From the NCBI GenBank assembly GCA_020137815.1, contig CM035354.1, forward strand, positions 7,378,001 through 7,442,000: a DNA stretch of 64,000 nucleotides. Reading direction: 5' to 3'. The notes below the pieces were generated by a model. That model was not told the DNA's origin. It saw only the letters and a list, made by a program, of their open reading frames with translations, and ran no database searches. Within the stretch, counting starts at the first letter, position 1. Every line of letters starts with the position of its first letter. The position numbers were made by a program, and so were the translations under genes. Origin of the DNA: Hormiphora californensis. Taxonomy: Eukaryota; Animalia; Ctenophora. Shown piece after piece: positions 61,430 through 64,000 of the stretch.

Positions 61430-64000
61430 TCACTCCACAACCAATCTTTTTTCAGATAAAATTTTATAAACCCTTTTGTAAGAATCCAGGGCTTCCTTAG
61501 AGCCCGTATATTTGCTGTTTAGCGGAGCAACCATTTTCACTCGTGTTGTCTTCAGTTCAGTTAGTTCACACATGGCCCCCGTCCTAGTCCGGGGTTTCTC
61601 GCCCTGATTAAACAACTGTAGGATCGCCACAGCCTTCAAATGGACCTCATCATCATCATGAGCACTGGTGGTCTTCCCCTCAAAGGTTATCATGAAGAAG
61701 TCATCACATATAGCGCACACCAGACCATGGTGTATCGGGGCAGGAAGCCACCCAGCCGAGGTCTGAATGTCTTGGTGAGGAGCTTGTGCCGATCAGTCAG
61801 AACGTGTCGCTGATGAACCTCAGGTTTCATGTTATGGATCTGGCAGTCTTGGCATGTTAACATCCCCTCCTTCTTACTAGACGATCCCTCCACCGTTTCC
61901 TGATTGACTGTGCAGTCTCTCCATCGTATGGCATTGGCCTGGCTCGGGTCTTCATGTAGGATACAACCGCCGTTAGTCCCAGTTTGAACCCGTTTAGGTA
62001 GTTATTCAGCATCTTCACATGACGGTGGTTTATCTCAGGATCAGAGAGATCCACCTCCAGATCCCGTGCTATCTGAATCACCATACTAGACTGTGCCGTA
62101 TCTTCCTCGCCTCGGTCCAGTTTGAATGTTGAGGTGTACTTTGCTGCGGTCCTAGAGAACATGTCAGCGAATTTGTGGGAGCTGGATTGGGCTGCTACCT
62201 GCTGATGCTGGGATCTCTCCTCGGCTTCTTTCCGGGCTGCATTGGCCTTGATGGACGCCATGATTGCTGCCACATCACTCAACATGGGCACTGCCGGGGA
62301 AGCAGCTGCAGCTGGGGGAACAGTTCTCGGAGCCACGGCCGCAGCTGCAGGGGGACCCGTTGGAGGAGGGGGAGCTGTAGATCGTGGTTGCTGCACTCTC
62401 GGGATCGGAGTATTTCTGTGCTGTTGCTCAACCGGTGGAGATCTGAAATGCGGTGGTGGGGAAGCCTCTCTCTGCTGCGCCTGGGCAGGAATCCCTCTCT
62501 GCTGGACAGGGGTAACAGCTGCAGCCGCTCTCTGCTGTACGGGGGTAGCAGCCGCTCTCTGTTGCGATGAGGTATTTCGATCCCTGGAATCATCCCTGGA
62601 ATGAGCAAGGTACGCTGGCTTGAAAGTGCTCCTATAACCTGGTTTTATAGGTTCTTGTTCTTCCTTGGCTGGTGGTGGAGGCGGTGGCGGTGTAATTTCT
62701 TTCATTACCGGGGCTGCTGTGAGTGTGGCACCACCGTTAAAATTGGATGGAGGCGTGACCTTCCTGAACACAGGGGTTGCTGGAGGTGTTGCTTGCTGGC
62801 CGGATCCATAGTAGGCGGGATTCGGGGCGGGAACATCGAACATAAATGAACCAGTGGGTGGTTTGGAAGGTGGAAGGGGTGGACCATCCGGTGGGGTTAG
62901 ATCCGGAGGAGGTGGGAAGGGAGGGGTGGTTGAACGATTGAAGGATGGTGGTGGACGGATGGAAGGGCTGCTTAGCTTTGGAGGGTGAGTGGAAGGTGGT
63001 GCTGGTGGTGGTGGAGGGGGAGGTGTGTCAGGAGGTGGCGGAGGTGGTTGGTGGAAGGGAGGGGTTGGAAATCCACCTGGAGGAGGAGGGTATTGAGGTG
63101 GGTATTGATCATATCTCGGTTGGTAGGGGGGTTGCTGGGGAGTAGAGGGAAAACCAGGCTGTTGCCGTTGGGGATTCGAAGGAAAACCGGGTCTTTGCTG
63201 CTGGGGAGTTGATGGTAAACCGGGTCTATGTTGCGGAGTAGAGGGAAAACCGGGTTGTTGCCGTTGGGGATTTGAAGGAAAACCGGCTTGTTGCTGTTGG
63301 GGATTTGAAGGAAAACCGGCTTGTTGTTGCTGGGGAGTTGAGGGGTAACCTTGTTGTTGTTGCGGAGTAGATGAAAATCCGGATTGTTGTTGGGGGATCG
63401 ATGGAAAACCGGGTCGTTGTTGGGGGTTTGAAGGGTAACCAGGTTGATCTTGGGGAGTGGAGGGTCGTTGTTGGGGTGGATATGAATGTGAATTCGGAAG
63501 AAAAGATGATTGAGAAGAAGCGGGGAAAGGTGGCTGCTGTGAATTTGGTTGAAATTGGTGTTGCTGAGAATCCTGGCGTTTGAATTGTCTAGGATCATTA
63601 GGATGAAAGTTAGGGGGTTGCTGAGCAGGAGGTTGCTGAGCAGGAGGTTGCTGAGCAGGGGGAGCAAAGGAAGGGGCTTGAGGAGGAAAGGATGGGGGAG
63701 GATCACTGCCGACATGAGAACGTGCTTCTGAGGATGAATGCTGTCGACGAGACCTCGATGTCTTGTGACCGGGTGCTGGTGTTGGTGAGTACGATCGCTT
63801 GAATTGCTCCGAGTAAGCGGGATGGTTCACCGGGGGTGGGGGAAAGTGAAATGTAGGCTTCGGTTTCGCCGGAGGGGTACTCCTTTGGTTACCATGGAAA
63901 CCATTACCGCGTCTCTGATCGTTAGGCCTCGACCTATCATGAGAATTGGGGTAGGGAGGTGGTGCCCGTTTAGAGTGCCTCTGGTCGTGATGGTGTGGAC
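61430..64000 (-). CDS. Paralogous Pro/Gln-rich zinc-finger protein; start lies beyond the window; two apparent frameshifts
   Basis: Frame open to the window end. ORFs 61857-63830, 61690-61893 and 61430-61720 join into a C-terminus collinear with that of 58088-61231. Confidence 0.75.

Noticed and set aside
61231-61430. The two Pro-rich ORFs as exons of one gene
   Set aside because: An in-frame TAA lies between the acceptor and the downstream ATG, and each ORF has its own complete paralogous C-terminus.
59140-63731. Numerous alternative-frame and antisense ORFs over the Pro-rich genes, LINEs and GPAT tail
   Set aside because: Expected shadow ORFs of GC-rich or repetitive coding sequence.

Overview
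Eukaryotic (animal) genomic DNA with short GT-AG introns, many (GA)n/(CT)n microsatellites and a very high transposon load. The repeat style suggests a ctenophore such as Pleurobrachia; this is an impression, not verified. Host genes, mostly on the minus strand: an SLC22-type MFS transporter (15772-19956), GPAT3/4 (21001-24107), 3' exons of an unidentified gene (24263-25250), a probable MRPL47 5' part (~30690-31330), a PNRC-family gene on the plus strand (42138-42647), ZFR (49564-57397), and two tandem intronless paralogous Pro-rich matrin-type zinc-finger genes (58088-61231 and 61430->64000). Retroelements: one full-length two-ORF CR1-group LINE and two 5'-truncated LINEs. Most striking is a set of non-autonomous DNA elements whose termini and TSDs point to six superfamilies (Chapaev-like, Academ-like, MULE, pogo/Tc1, hAT, PIF/Harbinger). 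Three are 1.3-1.6 kb near-perfect palindromes, and several share near-identical internal modules across superfamilies. The sequence carries single-base indel errors, mostly in homopolymers, and a ~1.8 kb A-rich stretch (26632-28455) that looks like a base-calling artefact.
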